A stretch of DNA of 64,000 bases from assembly GCA_026770705.1 (NCBI GenBank), contig JANJGN010000003.1, forward strand, positions 231,322,001 to 231,386,000. Reading direction: 5' to 3'. Below, in pieces: positions 23,295 to 36,500 of the stretch. The translations under genes were made by a program, and so were the position numbers. Origin of the DNA: Isurus oxyrinchus (taxonomy: Eukaryota). The notes beneath the pieces are model-generated. The model saw nothing but the letters and a program-made list of their open reading frames with translations. It searched no databases and was not told where the DNA came from. Position 1 is the first letter of the stretch, and each line of letters starts with the position of its first letter.

Positions 23295-23640
23295 ACAGAT
23301 CCAAGCACACAATTTAAGTGCACACTTGAGTATGTTATTGAATGCGACATTGTCCCAGGTCTTATCTTTTAGGTGAGAAGTTAAACCGAGGCCCCTTTGC
23401 TTATTCAGACGGATGCAAATGATTCCGTGGCACTATTTGAAGCGAAGCATGGATGTCTCCTGGTTTCCTGGCCAAATCCCTCCTCCTTTCAACAACATCA
23501 TTCAAAAGTAGATACTGGTTGTTTATTCACATGTTACATATGGAACCTTGTTATACACTAATTGGCTGTTACATTTGTCTATATGACACTGACTATGAGG
23601 AATTTATTGGTTGTAAGTGCTTGAGGACCTTTGACAACTT
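23295..23640 (+). mobile_element. DeuSINE-like SINE, old
   Basis: gttaaaccgaggcccc...tggcactatttgaag...ctggccaa...aattggctg...attggttgtaagtgctt, similar to 10120-10540. Confidence 0.6.
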
Positions 23641-23654
23641 GCTAATGTGCTTTG

Positions 23655-24273
23655 TAATTGCGAGAGGACTTGAGTACAGGAGCAAGGATGTCTTACTGCA
23701 GCTGTACAGGGCCTTGGTGAGACTACACCGGGAGTATTGTGTGCAGCTTTGGTCACCTTATATAAGAAAGGATAAACTTGCCATAGAGGGGGTGCAGCAA
23801 AGGTTCACCAGACTGATTCTTGGGATGGCAGGATTGTCATATGAGGAGAGATTGGGCCGACTAGGCCTGTATTCACTGGAGTTTAAAAGAATGGGAGAGG
23901 ACCTCATTGAAATGTATAAAATTCTGACAGGGATGGACAGACTGGATGCAGGGATGATATTTCCCTTAGCTGGAGGGAGTCTAGAACAAGGGGGTCACAG
24001 ACTCAGGGGTAGGCCGTTTAGGACTGAGATGAGGAGAAACCTCTTCACTCAGAGGGTGGTGAACCTGTGGAATTCTCTACCACAGAAGGCTTTGGGGGCC
24101 AAGTCACAGAATATACGTAAGAAGATTCTGGACTCTAAAGACGTCAAGGGGTATGGGGAGAGGGCGGGAGTATGGTATTGAGACAGAGGATCAGCCATGA
24201 TCATATTGAGTGGTGGAGCAGGCTTGAAGGCTGAATGACTACTCCTGCACCTATTTTCTACGTTTCTATGTTT
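23655..24273 (+). mobile_element. CR1 LINE 3' fragment
   Basis: LYRALVRLHREYCVQLWSP...FTQRVVNLWNSLP, tail ttctacgtttctatgttt. Confidence 0.92.
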
Positions 24274-25351
24274 AAGCTCTTTCTGCGTATGGTTTGGTGA
24301 TAGATTGGATTTGAATGAAGATACGTTCTCACTTTATTCTTTTGTCCTTTATGCCCTTTTCAAAATACAAGCAAGCGGAAGAGTGTGGGGACATCATGGA
24401 ATCAAGACCCTCAAATGCACGGCTGCTTGGAGGTCTGTCAGATACATTAAAGTCAGCCGCGTCTAAAGGTCCTCTTTAGGTTAGGATTAGTAACGACATT
24501 GTAGCACAACGATCACAGGCAAAGGGATGAGATTCTGTATCAATGCTTACATTGAAAAAATGTTCTACAGACTGAAGTCTATGTTGGAGTTATTTTCATT
24601 GAAAAAGAAGCTAGAGAAGATTCAAGGCACAGGTTGCTGAATACCACTAAAGTTGAGTTTGTGAGGTAAATTAAGTGAGTTAAAGGTAGGGATGCTGAAC
24701 ATGAGTTTAAAAACATTGTGAGGGGAAGCTAAGAGATGGGCATGGGAAAAGAGGGAGTTTGTTTACAAACAGTGTAGTGAGGCTTAATTTCAACACAGTG
24801 AGGATGCAAGGATTAGGAACAGCATGCAAGATAGCTTTGTACAAGAAGTGCTAAACTTTCTTTTGTGAGTCAAGCATTTGGGAGAAGCATCAGGACTGGG
24901 AGAGCTTCACATAGCTGCTGCCATCCGGTGTGTGGTTCAACTGGAAGTACAACACGTGCCGTTTAAGCAAAATTGACCAGTTCTATGTCATCGCGGTGAA
25001 GCGGAGTCACCACCTTAAGAGATGAGTAAAAAGGAACAAAGGGTAATTTAAAGTAAATTCAAGGCAATGATCTAACCTTTAGTGTTTGTCTCTGTGTATG
25101 ATATATCTAAACTTTTTAAGCACTGCCAATGCTTAGAGTTGTTATCCTCCATATAAGCAATACATGCTAAGAACTCAATTGCTATGCACACCTCTGCCAT
25201 TACTGGTAGCAAACAAAATAAAGAATAAAATACCCTTCACTCCCTCATTATGAAAAAAGTGTGACCAATTTTCAGGACTGAGGATGTTTCACAAACATAA
25301 ACAAATACATGGAATAAACATTAGCTAAATGAAATTAATCTTGTGTCATAC

Positions 25352-25534
25352 CTTTTCCTGCACCAGTCTTTGTAAGTGGATACCAGATGACAGCATGGCA
25401 ATAAACATGGTCAACATGTACTGTTGAATGCGGCTTATTCCAGCCACCAGGGAGTTCAGCACTGCTGTTAGGCCGACCTTGTCAATGACACTTTGAAAAG
25501 CACTGGCAGAATGGCGAGTAATCCTACATAAAGC
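25352..25534 (-). CDS. ULK4: ULK4 internal coding exon (183 bp, phase 0-0): ALCRITRHSASAFQSVIDKVGLTAVLNSLVAGISRIQQYMLTMFIAMLSSGIHLQRLVQEK
   Basis: tacag acceptor and gtatg donor. Translated by hand; matches ULK4 ALCRITRHSPTAFQNVIEKVGL...GIHLQRLIQEK. Confidence 0.95.
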
Positions 25535-26009
25535 CTGTAGGGACCAGAGAAATATTTTATAGATGCACTCTAATTAAACACCAAATATAGAGCATTGTAC
25601 AGTTTTAGGCTGGAAAGTTTTCTGATCGTCTTTGAATTCCCATACGGTTCACTTCAATTTTGCACGAGCTGATCAATTTGGAATAGACCTTTAAAACAAG
25701 CCCTACTTTATAAAAAGAAATTAATTCAACAAGCAGACCAGGATATCAGCTGGGATTTAAATATGTTTACTGCAGCTTTATTAAAATCCATTTTCTTGTG
25801 AGATAGTTTTTATATCATTGGTATGTTTTCCTTTCATCTTTCCGTTCTTAAAACCTGTGCCAACATCAGTCAGAAAAGTAAAGCCTTCGGACACAATCAA
25901 TGCTGTTTATTAGCTGAACTGCTTAAGTGCAGTGGGAGGGGGGAGGTGGGGAAGACATGAACATGCTACAACAGTTTAGCCAAGGGTGACAAAGTTTGTC
26001 TTCTGGGAA

Positions 26010-26375
26010 CTCGGTTGTGCATTGGAATAGCTCACTCTCCTTACACTTCTGGGTTTCAATCCAGCTCACATTGATTGAGTGAAAGATCTGTTGTTGTTTT
26101 AACTATAAGGTTCCTCGCTCGAATTAGTTTGAATCGATGCAGCCTGGTTCCCCATGGATATGAGCTTGCAATACCCATTGACTATGCATGGTATTAAAGG
26201 TATTTCAAAAATTGGCTGTAATTTGGCACCTCACTCAGGACAGGAGATTGATGTATAAATGGGAATATTACTCTGGTTATGAGGTTGGGGCTAAGATACA
26301 GTATTGGGCCAAAGTAGGGATGGGGCTTCCTGTTATATGTAACTCAGGGAAGCTTAATGCAGACACTGGCTAACC
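26010..26375 (+). mobile_element. Ancient tRNA-headed SINE (LF-SINE-like)
   Basis: Degenerate head (cttacacttctgggtttcaatccagctca) and tail (atgcagacactgg). Resemblance judged by eye only. Confidence 0.35.
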
Positions 26376-26710
26376 AAGATTTTGACCGGTGCGGGGAGAG
26401 TGGAGGATGGGGTGGGGAGGGAGTGGCAGCGGGGGAGACACTGGAGGGTGGTGCAGGGTGACTCCTTCCCTTAACACCAGTGTCTTTCAGATTCAATAAA
26501 GACTCCTGAAGTATCAACTTAAAAGTAGAGAAAAAAACTTTTGATTGGTGAGAGTATGAAGGTATGGGAACATTTCATGAAGCTCGGTTGTTGGCACATA
26601 GTTTGGTTAAGTGCAAGTGCTGCTAGAATTAAGGCTACAACACCATCGCCCAAATATTTTGATGCATGTTGGTGAGGCTGTAGGCCTGCAGCAAAGCCTC
26701 ACCCATTTTA

Positions 26711-29700
26711 GGCAGAATCATTCCAGATTTGCATTAAGTGAGGTAGTGGGCGTGAAAAAAAACATTTTACCTGCTGGCTGCAATGGCAGATTTTTGGGCC
26801 TTATTGTCCCCTTCCCGCCACCTCCCACCTCATTAAAAATGCACTCACGGGAAACATGCCGGATCGCTAGCCGGCAGGCTCGAATTTTCCCACCACACTG
26901 AGACCTCAGCATTTCCTTGCTCGGGGGCGCCATATTTAAAGCGCACCAGAGCGCAGCCTACTTCATGTCCACAGACCAACCAGGACAGCCCCAGGAAACA
27001 GATGGCCCCCATAAGCCAAGGTGACGGCAGCCCTCTCTCTGGGTCGCCTGCTGGATGCAGTGGAAGGCTACCGCAAACTCCTCTATTCCCACACCGGCCG
27101 CAGGACAATCCGGACTGAGAGGCGGTGGCAGCAGCAGTCAGCACCAACGGAGCACAGTGGAGCTCAGTCATCCAGTTCAGGAAGAGGATGAATGCTGTCA
27201 TCCGTTCTGCCAGGGTAAGTCAACCACCTCATCAATCTCAACACTCACTGCCAAACCCTCACTCGCTTTGAGGAATGTGTCATCGCACTGACTGGTGAGG
27301 ATGTGGACCATACCTCCGGCGATGGTGAAGTTGACGACAAACACCCACGTAAGGATCCTGCACCAGATCATCCTTCTCAACGCAACTGTGAGTGCTCTCT
27401 CTCCTGCTTTTAACTCTGCTGCCAGGCACTAATTATCTCTACTTTGGTTCACAGGGACCTCTGCCAAGTGACCAACACCCTCAGCCAGCCACTCCCTCAG
27501 CTCCATCCATGTTCTCACCTCCAGCCAAGAGGACACCTCCTCCATTGAAGAGCTGGAATTAAGCAGCCTGGGAGACCTGTCCACAGCATTTACCCACACG
27601 CTCCACTAGTGTAAGGATACACACCTGGCTGGGGCCTAGGTCTAGAGCAGGCTCAGATTCACAATCTGAAGGTCACCGCACAGACACGTGTCCGCAGCAA
27701 AAGGAGACAAGTTCAGCTGAGTTCTCCGGCACTCGGAGGACTGCTGGGAAAGAGGCATCTGTGAGGTCCGAGTCAGATGACGAGCCTCTGGATTTTGCCT
27801 TCCAACTCATTGTAGAAAGTCAGCAGAAGGTGGGGGAACTTCCCGCAGAGCTGTTGTAAACCCTCAGCAGAGTGACACACGAGTCAGAGCAGTGTCCACC
27901 TGTTCTCTGATGAAGTAGTAACCACATGTGCGCACATGGAGTTCTCAGTGGGAAGGATGGTGGATGCCATGGAGACCCTGGTCCAGCAGAACGTGGAGAT
28001 GAGCACAGACCTGCACTCCATCGAGGTAGCCATGGGTGAGTACCTGCAATGGTAATGCATGGGGGAAACGGGGCACTTTGATGTCCTTCCAGGTGCTTCT
28101 TCCCCTCAAGGGTCAGACCGGGGCCCTCAGGCACAAAAAGGGCGGAGAAGCAGCAGCTGGATACCCCTGCGTCATCCACTCAGGAATCTCAGAGGCTGTC
28201 TGCTCCCTGCAAGTCCCCTTTGCCCATGAACCCCTTGACCCTGTCCTCTATCACCATAGAGGGAGCAGCTGGCCCACAGGAGGACAGCCAAAGCAAGCTG
28301 GGGCCCTCAAGGCCTCAGCTGTTCAGGAGACCCACACCAAAGTCATCAGAGGCAACAGGGCCAACCATTGCACACGCTGGCTCCACCCCTGCTGCAGATG
28401 TCAGGGCAGCACCTGGAACTGATAGCACTAAAAAAGTTAAGAAATTCTGATGACAAGCAGTTGCCCAAGTGAACACATTTTGTCACTTTATAACCTGAAA
28501 ACATAATCGCTTTCACTGAATATTGTGCAATGTTGTCTTTCAGCTTCATTTACAGGCTTTGCGAATCCTCCCCTGCATCCTCCCCTACTAGAAGTTCAGC
28601 TGCATACAACCGGACCACGAGTGATTCTGGAGGGAGAAGTGTGTGTGTGTGGCAGGGCCTTGAGAGCCTCATGCAAGCACTCTCCCATGCACCTGGAGCC
28701 TTCACCATCACACTGTCCCAAGCATTTTCAATGCTGCCTGATGGGGTTCTCTTTCTGTTGTCTATCTGAGCTGACCTGCATCCCTGCCCATCCACTGATC
28801 ACACTCCCATGCAGCACCTGTGCCCGTCTAACATGAGGCTCCGCTCACTTTTGATTTGTACAGCAAAACTGTCGTTAAGTTTTTGATTAGCTCCCCTGTC
28901 CTTTTCCCTCCCCCAGTCGCTCATGTCCTCTCCCCCAGCAGAGTCCACCCCCCTGGCATCACTTTCCACCTCCCCACCATTACCCTACAACCCAAACCCT
29001 GTCATTCCAGGTAGCACATTCCCTACCTTGCTGAAAATCCCCATCCATATTGACCTCTCCGACTTTCTACTTTCCAATCCAGGGTCTGTGTTTGCCTCCG
29101 TGTCCCCACCGACCACATTCACTACCATTTCTACTGGTACCGACGCAGCCTCATCCTCCCACTCTGCCACCTCTCGTATTCACCATTCCATCCTACCACG
29201 CCCACCCTGAGTTTGCTCCCCAAGAGGCAGTCATTGATTCCACAGGCCCCTCTCTTGCGTGTTCACCTGGACATTCCACCCCCACTACGTGCTCCACCCT
29301 TACTCCTTCCTCCCCCTGGCCACCTTCCCCATCCTAACACTCCCTCCTCCTTCTGAACTCCCTCCCTTACACCTTCCTCCCCCCTTACTCCTATCTCTTC
29401 ATTTGCGCCATTCTCCCCTGTACTCCCACCTCCCCCTGGACACTCTCCTTTCCGCTCCTAACCTCATCCATGCCAACACATTCGCCCCCACCCTCAACCT
29501 CAACTCCCGACACCTTCACTCCCCCCATCCTCACCCCCTCTGACAATTTTTGTTCCCCTCCCAACCACAAACCTCCCCCAACACGTTTGCACCCACCTCC
29601 CAACCTCAGCCCCGACACCTTCACCCCACCCCACCCCTACATTCCAACCTCATCCCCACCTCCCCCCGAGTAGTACACCTTCCTCTCTCACTTCTGCCTG

Positions 29701-30246
29701 GACCTTCCTCTCCACCAACCCACTCCTTCTTTAATCATCCGTGCCAGCCCATGGCAAGGTCCATGAAGTTCTGAAGCGCCAGCAAGGTTGAAGCTGCTGC
29801 ATGGAGATCTCCCACTTTCCGAGAGCTGCTTCATGGCAGAGCCATGTGCATGAGGATCCACCCAGCATGCGATACACATGTTCCTCCAGGGTCCGGTCGC
29901 TATAGGGCTCCAGCATCATCTTTTCCTTCGGATGTCCACGATCTAAGCAAGACCCTAAAGGTAAATCCCAACTTCTGCACATCACGCTTGTCCAGGCTTA
30001 TTCTGGTCTGGCGTGTTATCCCACCGGCGTAATGGTAAATCAGGCATGGGGTGGGGGGGATGATTCCGGTCGGGCCTTACTTTGCAAATTGGGTTCAAGC
30101 CGGCCTCCAGCAGGATTTGCGATCTGCCATGGCAGACGCCATCGGATGATCCTGCTGTGATTTCACGTTAGCATAAAACTGATTTCTGCTCCTCCCACCG
30201 AATTCTCCCCCCTGCCTGCCACCAACGGGAGCGGAACATTCCGGCC
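26711..30246 (+). mobile_element. PIF/Harbinger DNA transposon (internally deleted) with decayed Myb/SANT-like gene
   Basis: TIRs ggcagaatcattcc / ggaacattccggcc. About 27115-27213 reads EAVAAAVSTNGAQWSSVIQFRKRMNAVIRSAR followed by GTAAGT, typical of the Harbinger Myb-like protein. C-rich low-complexity interior at 28900-29750. Confidence 0.75.
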
Positions 30247-30825
30247 TTTGAGTATATCAACTGAGACTGGGATTTGAAACTCCTGTCTTCCAATCAAGGC
30301 AAATGAACTTGAATCATTGCTGGCAGAAGCTCACGTAGTTACTTTTAAAACAACAACGAGAGATATGCATTAGTATATTTTGATACTAAGTAGTTAAGTT
30401 TGAAACAATGCTGAAGTGGATTTTGATTTGAGAGGGTGACCTGACTTTACCGTGTGTTGGAGCACTGGAGTGCAGCACTGAGTGGGATGCTTCACTCTAC
30501 TGGCATATATCACTGATAACTTTGCTGGTGCCAGTAATCATCAAGCCAAAGCCAGTAACCCTCCTGCAATGTGGGTTGGGGAAAATGGGATAAGGAGACT
30601 CCAGCTGGCTGCTCCTGTCAGATGGGCAAATGGTCCTGGCAATATTGTGGGAGCGGCATATCTGCTCCATTCTCTCAGAGATAAAGATATATTAGTCAGT
30701 GAGAAAGAAATAGGATAAAAGGAAATTAACAACCATGCCCTTATTGGAGGATTCCTGCCTTCAAAAAAAAAAACAGCTTGGGTTTATTAAACAGTAAAAT
30801 ATATTTCCAACTTTTTATAGCTTAC

Positions 30826-30987
30826 TGAAATGGTTGTCACCCGCAAAGAATCCATGGTTGAATGTGTGAACAGGTACCAAAGCAACAGACCGATTTCTCC
30901 AGTAATGAATCCTTGAGCTGGAGATGAATTAGTGGTACAGACATTCTCCACAATCTTCGCAGCTAAGTGATTAGTAGCAGGATCGCC
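30826..30987 (-). CDS. ULK4: ULK4 internal coding exon (162 bp, phase 0-0): GDPATNHLAAKIVENVCTTNSSPAQGFITGEIGLLLWYLFTHSTMDSLRVTTIS
   Basis: tttgtag acceptor and gtaag donor. Translated by hand; matches ULK4 NHMAAKIIENVCTT...QGFITGEIGPILWYLFRHST. Not in the ORF track. Confidence 0.95.
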
Positions 30988-32129
30988 CTACAAAGAGAAA
31001 CCACATCAGAAATGAATACAGTGGCCCTTTTGGAGCCATTTAAAAATTGTGGTAAAATTAGGAGATTGGAAGTGGTGATATACAGAAGACATGTTGTCTA
31101 CTTATTTAATTGTGACCATTGAGTTACAGTGTGTTACCAGCAATTACTTTCACAGCAACAACAAAGCACACTGTTCAGAGTGGCTCGGGATGGCTGACTC
31201 TGCTGCGTGCTAGGTCACTGATGTATGTACCTAGGTATTTTGCTACAACTTTTCTGTAATCAATAACCAGGAATTTAAACAACATGTTTTATCAGGGGCT
31301 GTGTCATGCTTTATTAGTGTGGTAGCTCGGTGAACAGTCCCTGAATACAACTAATGGCAAGATGTTCATCATTCGTTGGAATTCAGCTTATCAAGGAAAC
31401 GTAAACATAAAGCTGGTGATGGGAACACATTTAAATGAGTCCCTTACAGTGCCACCAATTCTAAAAGGATCAAAGTGCATTTTTCTCAGGTAAAAGACCA
31501 TAATTTTAGTTCAGTGTCATTTAAAGAGGCACTGGCAACACCTTGTATCACTTATGTTATATTTATTCAGAAAATATAAGGAAAAATCTTTGTTAAAGAA
31601 GTAATTTTTTTTTGCATTTTTCTACAAAATGCTTGCTGTTTCTGATCATAGCTCATTGACTAAATGTCCCTCAAGGCTGTGAGCCTTGAAGCATTGCAAT
31701 ATAGCCCCAAACATCAGTTCTGGTTTTAGAAGATCTGTATTGGGTTTTATAACGAGCTGCATCAGATGAGGAACTGGGCATATGCAGCATAATACTGATT
31801 GTTAAACCATTTTTATCCATACATATTACTTTGCTAAAAAATGTCCAAGTGAAATATTGAAAAATGCTTTATTTGGGAATGGGCATCTTTGCTCATAAGA
31901 GGTTTGGGATGAAGCACATTGATAATGTTTGAGAACTTATTATTGGCAAGAGCAAAGCTATACTGTTTGGCACCTGCCAGAATTTTTCACTATAATCCCT
32001 GACTTCACTTCCACCCAAGATTGTTTGTTCAGATTGTGCCAGACAACGTGCAACTTCAGTGACGTATCTGATCCTAAACTGTGCTTGAAATCCCACATCC
32101 TATCAAAACAACAATTTCTTTTATGTTCA

Positions 32130-32860
32130 TTGGAACAGTAGCAGACCATGTGGCTTGTTGAGCTGCTCTGCCATTTAATTCTCAATTCTAGGCCATTTCT
32201 CCATAACCCTTACTTCCAAATAAGAATAGAATTCACTTGTGACATCAACTGATTTTGCATCACTTGCCTTCTGGGGCAAAGTATTTCACATTCATGTAAC
32301 CTTTTACTTGAAGAAGTTTATCCTATATTCACTTTTCAAAAGCAAACAAGCATAAATTCTAAGATTATGTCCAGTCATTCTGAGTTCACTGTTCCAGACC
32401 AGAGACATTCCCATCCATCCTGTCAATTCCCTTTAATATTTCAAACATTTCAACAAATCATCGCTTTCTCTCTTCATCTTCAGGGCATAGAGCCAAGTTT
32501 ACCCAGTCTCTCTTCATAATTTATCCCCTTTATCTCAGGTATCATCCTGATGAAAGATCAAGCCAGTACATACTACCTAATCAGGTCTACCAATGCTCTG
32601 TCTAATTTCAATAGTATGTCCTTACTTTTACATTCTGTAACTTTTGCCATGAAGCTCAGAATTTCATTGCATTTTTTAAAAAAATGCTATTTTCAGATGC
32701 AGACTAGCTTGTAATGACTTGTGTACCTGAGCCCTTAAATCACTTTGCTTATCTGCCACCCTCCATGCCAGTGTTCTTCACTGTTTAAATTGCACTCCCA
32801 TTCTTTGTTCCAAAGTGTTACCTAAAAGTAAACATTCTATTACAATTATGCCATTAGTCT
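32130..32860 (-). mobile_element. Old, highly decayed CR1 3' fragment
   Basis: ccttctggggcaaagtatttcaca and atccatcctgtcaattccctttaatatttcaaac resemble the reverse of the CR1 3' region. No ORF. Confidence 0.55.
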
Positions 32861-33059
32861 GCCTTTCTGCTTAGTACTGGAAGTTTGGAAAGTAGCAAAT
32901 GGTACACCCTTATTGAAAGAATGAGACAGGAATAGACAGGTCAATGAGTTTGTGATTTTTCTTTCCCTCACAACTCACCATAAATCCTAGCTTAGTACTT
33001 CTGAAAAGTTGGGCGTACTCCCTCCTATTCACAAATCCAAGAAATTAAATATGTCATGT

Positions 33060-33395
33060 CACATTGAATTTTACTGCATAGAATCAGGCCCTTCTGCCCA
33101 ACAAATCTGTTCCCATGCTTATTCACCACACAAGCCTCTTCCCACTTACTTTCTCTCACCCTTTCAACATATCCATCAATTTATTCCTTCCTCATCTACT
33201 AATCTAGTTTCCCATTAAAGACATCTATGCTATTTGCCTCAACCACTCTATTTGGTCACAAATCCCACATTTTCACCACACCCCTGAGTAAAGAAATTTC
33301 TTCTGAATTTCTTTTTGGGTTTATTAGTGACTATTTTATATTTGTGCCCACTAGTTTGGGATCTCCCATAAGTGGAAACATTTTCTCTGCATGTC
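33060..33395 (-). mobile_element. CR1 3' end fragment
   Basis: caggcccttctgccca...aaatcccacattttcaccac...agtggaaacattttctctgcat. Confidence 0.6.
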
Positions 33396-33504
33396 CTGCA
33401 GATCCATTAGCAATTCAAAATCAGAGAAAAGTTCATTTTCTTTGACAACAAAATGATGCCATAACATCAGCATGTACTGATCTAAATTCAAACTGCTGCT
33501 GGTA

Positions 33505-36500
33505 GTATTTTCAGTGGCCAACATTAGATCAGCGACAGATCTTAGAGGAGAGTGTGAGAGGAGGATCCTGAGGGAGGCAGGCAGCCAGCAGCACCTAGAG
33601 GAGAATGTGAGAGGAGGCCCCTGGGACAGGCAGTCAACAGCACCTAGAGGAGATTGCGAAAGGAGGCCCCTAGGACAGGCAGTCAGCAGCACAAACAGGA
33701 TCTAGTCTATCTAGAAGATCTAGCATCTAGTCTATACTCAAGTAGAAGTAAGGGTAAAATAAAAGCAAGGGTCCATATTCTATTTAGTTAAGATATGTCT
33801 GGAGAGTTCAGACCTGTGATTTGCACATCCTGCGCCATATGGGAAATCCTTGACAGTCCTGGCGGTCTGGATGACAACGTGTGCACGAGGTCCCTCTGAC
33901 TGCAGCAACTCGAGCTCCGGGGTTTGGAGCTTGAGAGACAGCTGGGGGCACTTTGGTATATTCACGTGGCTGAGAGGGTTGTGGATAACACATTTCAGGA
34001 CGTGGTCACCCCGCAGCTTAAGGAAGTGCAAGCAGAGAGGGAATGGGTGACCACCAGACAGAAGAAGGGAACCAGGGAGGTAGTGAGGGAATCCACTGAG
34101 TGCATCTCGCTCAGAAACTGTTTTGGCCTTGGAAAACGGTGAGAGTGACAGTTCCTCTGTGGAGGCCAATCAGAGCAAAGGCCATGGCACTGTGGGTGGT
34201 CCAGCTACTCAGGATGAGAGGAAGAAGTGTGGAAGGCAATAATGTTAAGGGATTCATCAGCGAGGGGAGTCGACAGGTGCTTCTGCGGCTGTAGACGTGA
34301 CTCCAGGATGCTATTTGTTGCTTCCCGGCTGCCAGTGTCAAGGATGTTACGGAACAGCTGCAGGACATTCTGAAGGGGGAGAGAGTGAACAGCCAGAGGT
34401 CATAGTCCATGTTGGGACCAATGACATAGGAAGAAAGGGAAATGAGGTCCTGCAAACAGACTTTAGGGAGTTAGATAAGAAATTGAAAAGCAGGAACTTC
34501 AAAGGTAGTAACCTCCAGATTACTACCAGTGCTACGCAGTAGTGAGTATAGGGACAGAAGGATAGAGCAGATGAATGTGTGGCTGGAGAGATGGTGCAGG
34601 AGGGAGAGCTTTAGATTCCTGGGGCATTGGGACCGTTTCTGGGGGAGGTGGGACCTGTACAAGTTGGACGGGTTACATTTGAACAGGAACAGGATCAACA
34701 TCCTCATGGGGAGGTTTGCCAATGCTGTTGGGGCAGATTTAAACTATATTGGCAGGGGGATGGGATCCTGAAAAGTAGTTCAGAGGGGAGAGAAGCTGAG
34801 ATGGAATTAGAAATTAAAACGCTAGTAAGTGAGTCTGGAAGGCAGAGGAAACACGGGCTAGATAAGAAGCTCAGCAAAGCTAAATGGAATACATTTTAAT
34901 GCAAGGAGCCTAAGGAATAAGACAGAGGAGCTGAGGGCACAGATAGGCACGTAGGAGCATGATATCACAGCTATGGCCAAGACTTGGCTAAAAGGAGGGC
35001 AGGATTGGCAGCTCAACATTCCTGGTTATATGGTATTCAGACAAGATAGAGAGGGGGATAGAAGTGAAGGGAGGGTTGCAATATTGATCAAGGAATCAAT
35101 TATAGCAGTGAGGAGGGATGATATCTTGGAAGGATCATCAAATGAAGCCACATGGGTAGAAGTAAAAAACATAAAAGGGGCAAAGATGCTGCTGGGTGTG
35201 TATTATAGGCCCCCAAAGAGGGAGAGACAGAGGATCAAATATGTAATCAAATTTCAGAGAATTGTAAGAATAATAGGGCAGTAATAGTAGGGGATTTTAA
35301 CTATCCAAATATTAACTGGGATAGTTTTCATGTACAAGGTAGGGAGGAAGCAAAATTCTTAAGTTGCATCCAGGGGAACTTTTTCAGCCAGTATGTAGAA
35401 AGCCCAACAAGGGAGGGGGCAGTTCTGGACCTAATATTCTGAAATGAGCCCAGGCAGGTAGAAGGCGTATCAGTAGAGGAGCATTTTGGAGATAGTGATC
35501 AAAACTCAGTTAGATTTCGGATAGTTAAGGAAAAGGATAAGGTTGGGCTGGGAATAAAAGTTCTAAAATGGGGAAAGGCTAATTTTACTAAGATGAGATG
35601 GGATTTGGCCCAAGTGGACTGGGAGCAGCTACTTGCAGATAAAACTGTGTCAGAGCAGTGGGAGGCATTCAAGGAGGAAATAGTGAGAGTAGAGGGCAAA
35701 TATGTTCCTGTAAAGACAAAGGTTGGGAGGACCAAGTCCGGAGATGTCAAGGGGCATAAAGGTTAGGATTCAGAAAAAAAGAGAAACTTATGGCAGATAA
35801 CGAGGGCTCAATGAGGCAGAGTGCCTAAAGGATTATAAAAAGTGTGGAATGGAACTTAAGAAGAAAATTATGAAAGCTAAGAGAGTGCATGAGAAAGCAT
35901 TGGTGGGTAGAATAAAGGAAGACCAAAAGGAGTCTTTTAAATATTTAAAGATCAAGAGGATAACTAGGGCAAGAATAGGGCTAATTAGGGACCATAGAGA
36001 CAATGTGTGTGTGAACGCAGAAGACATGGGTGCAATGAATGCTTTGTATCGGTCTTCACAATGGAAAAGGATGAAGCAGATAAAGACATCAGGGTGAAGG
36101 TCTGTGAAATATTAGAGGAAACTGACATAGAAAGAGAGTAGGTACGAGCAGGTTTAGTGGCCTTAAAAGTGGGTACATCCGCAGGTCCGGATAAGAAGTA
36201 TCCCAGGTTGTTGAGGGAGATAAGGGAAGAGATATCAGGGGCCCTGGCAGTAATTTTCAAATCCTCTCTGGCCACAGGTGAGGTGCCAGAGGACTGGAGG
36301 ACTGCTAACGTTGTCACATTATTAAAAAAGGGAGGAAGGGATAAACAAGGAAATTAAGGGCCATTCAGTCTAACCTTGGTGGTGGAGAAGTTACTAGAAA
36401 GAATTCTGAGGGACAGAATACATCTGCACTTGGAGACACAAGTTAATCAGGGATAGTCAGCATGGATTTATTAAGGGAAGGTCGCATTTGACAAATTTGA

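Noticed and set aside
28900-29780. Proline-rich ORFs (also at 40860-41240)
   Set aside because: Products of C-rich low-complexity tracts inside DNA transposons.
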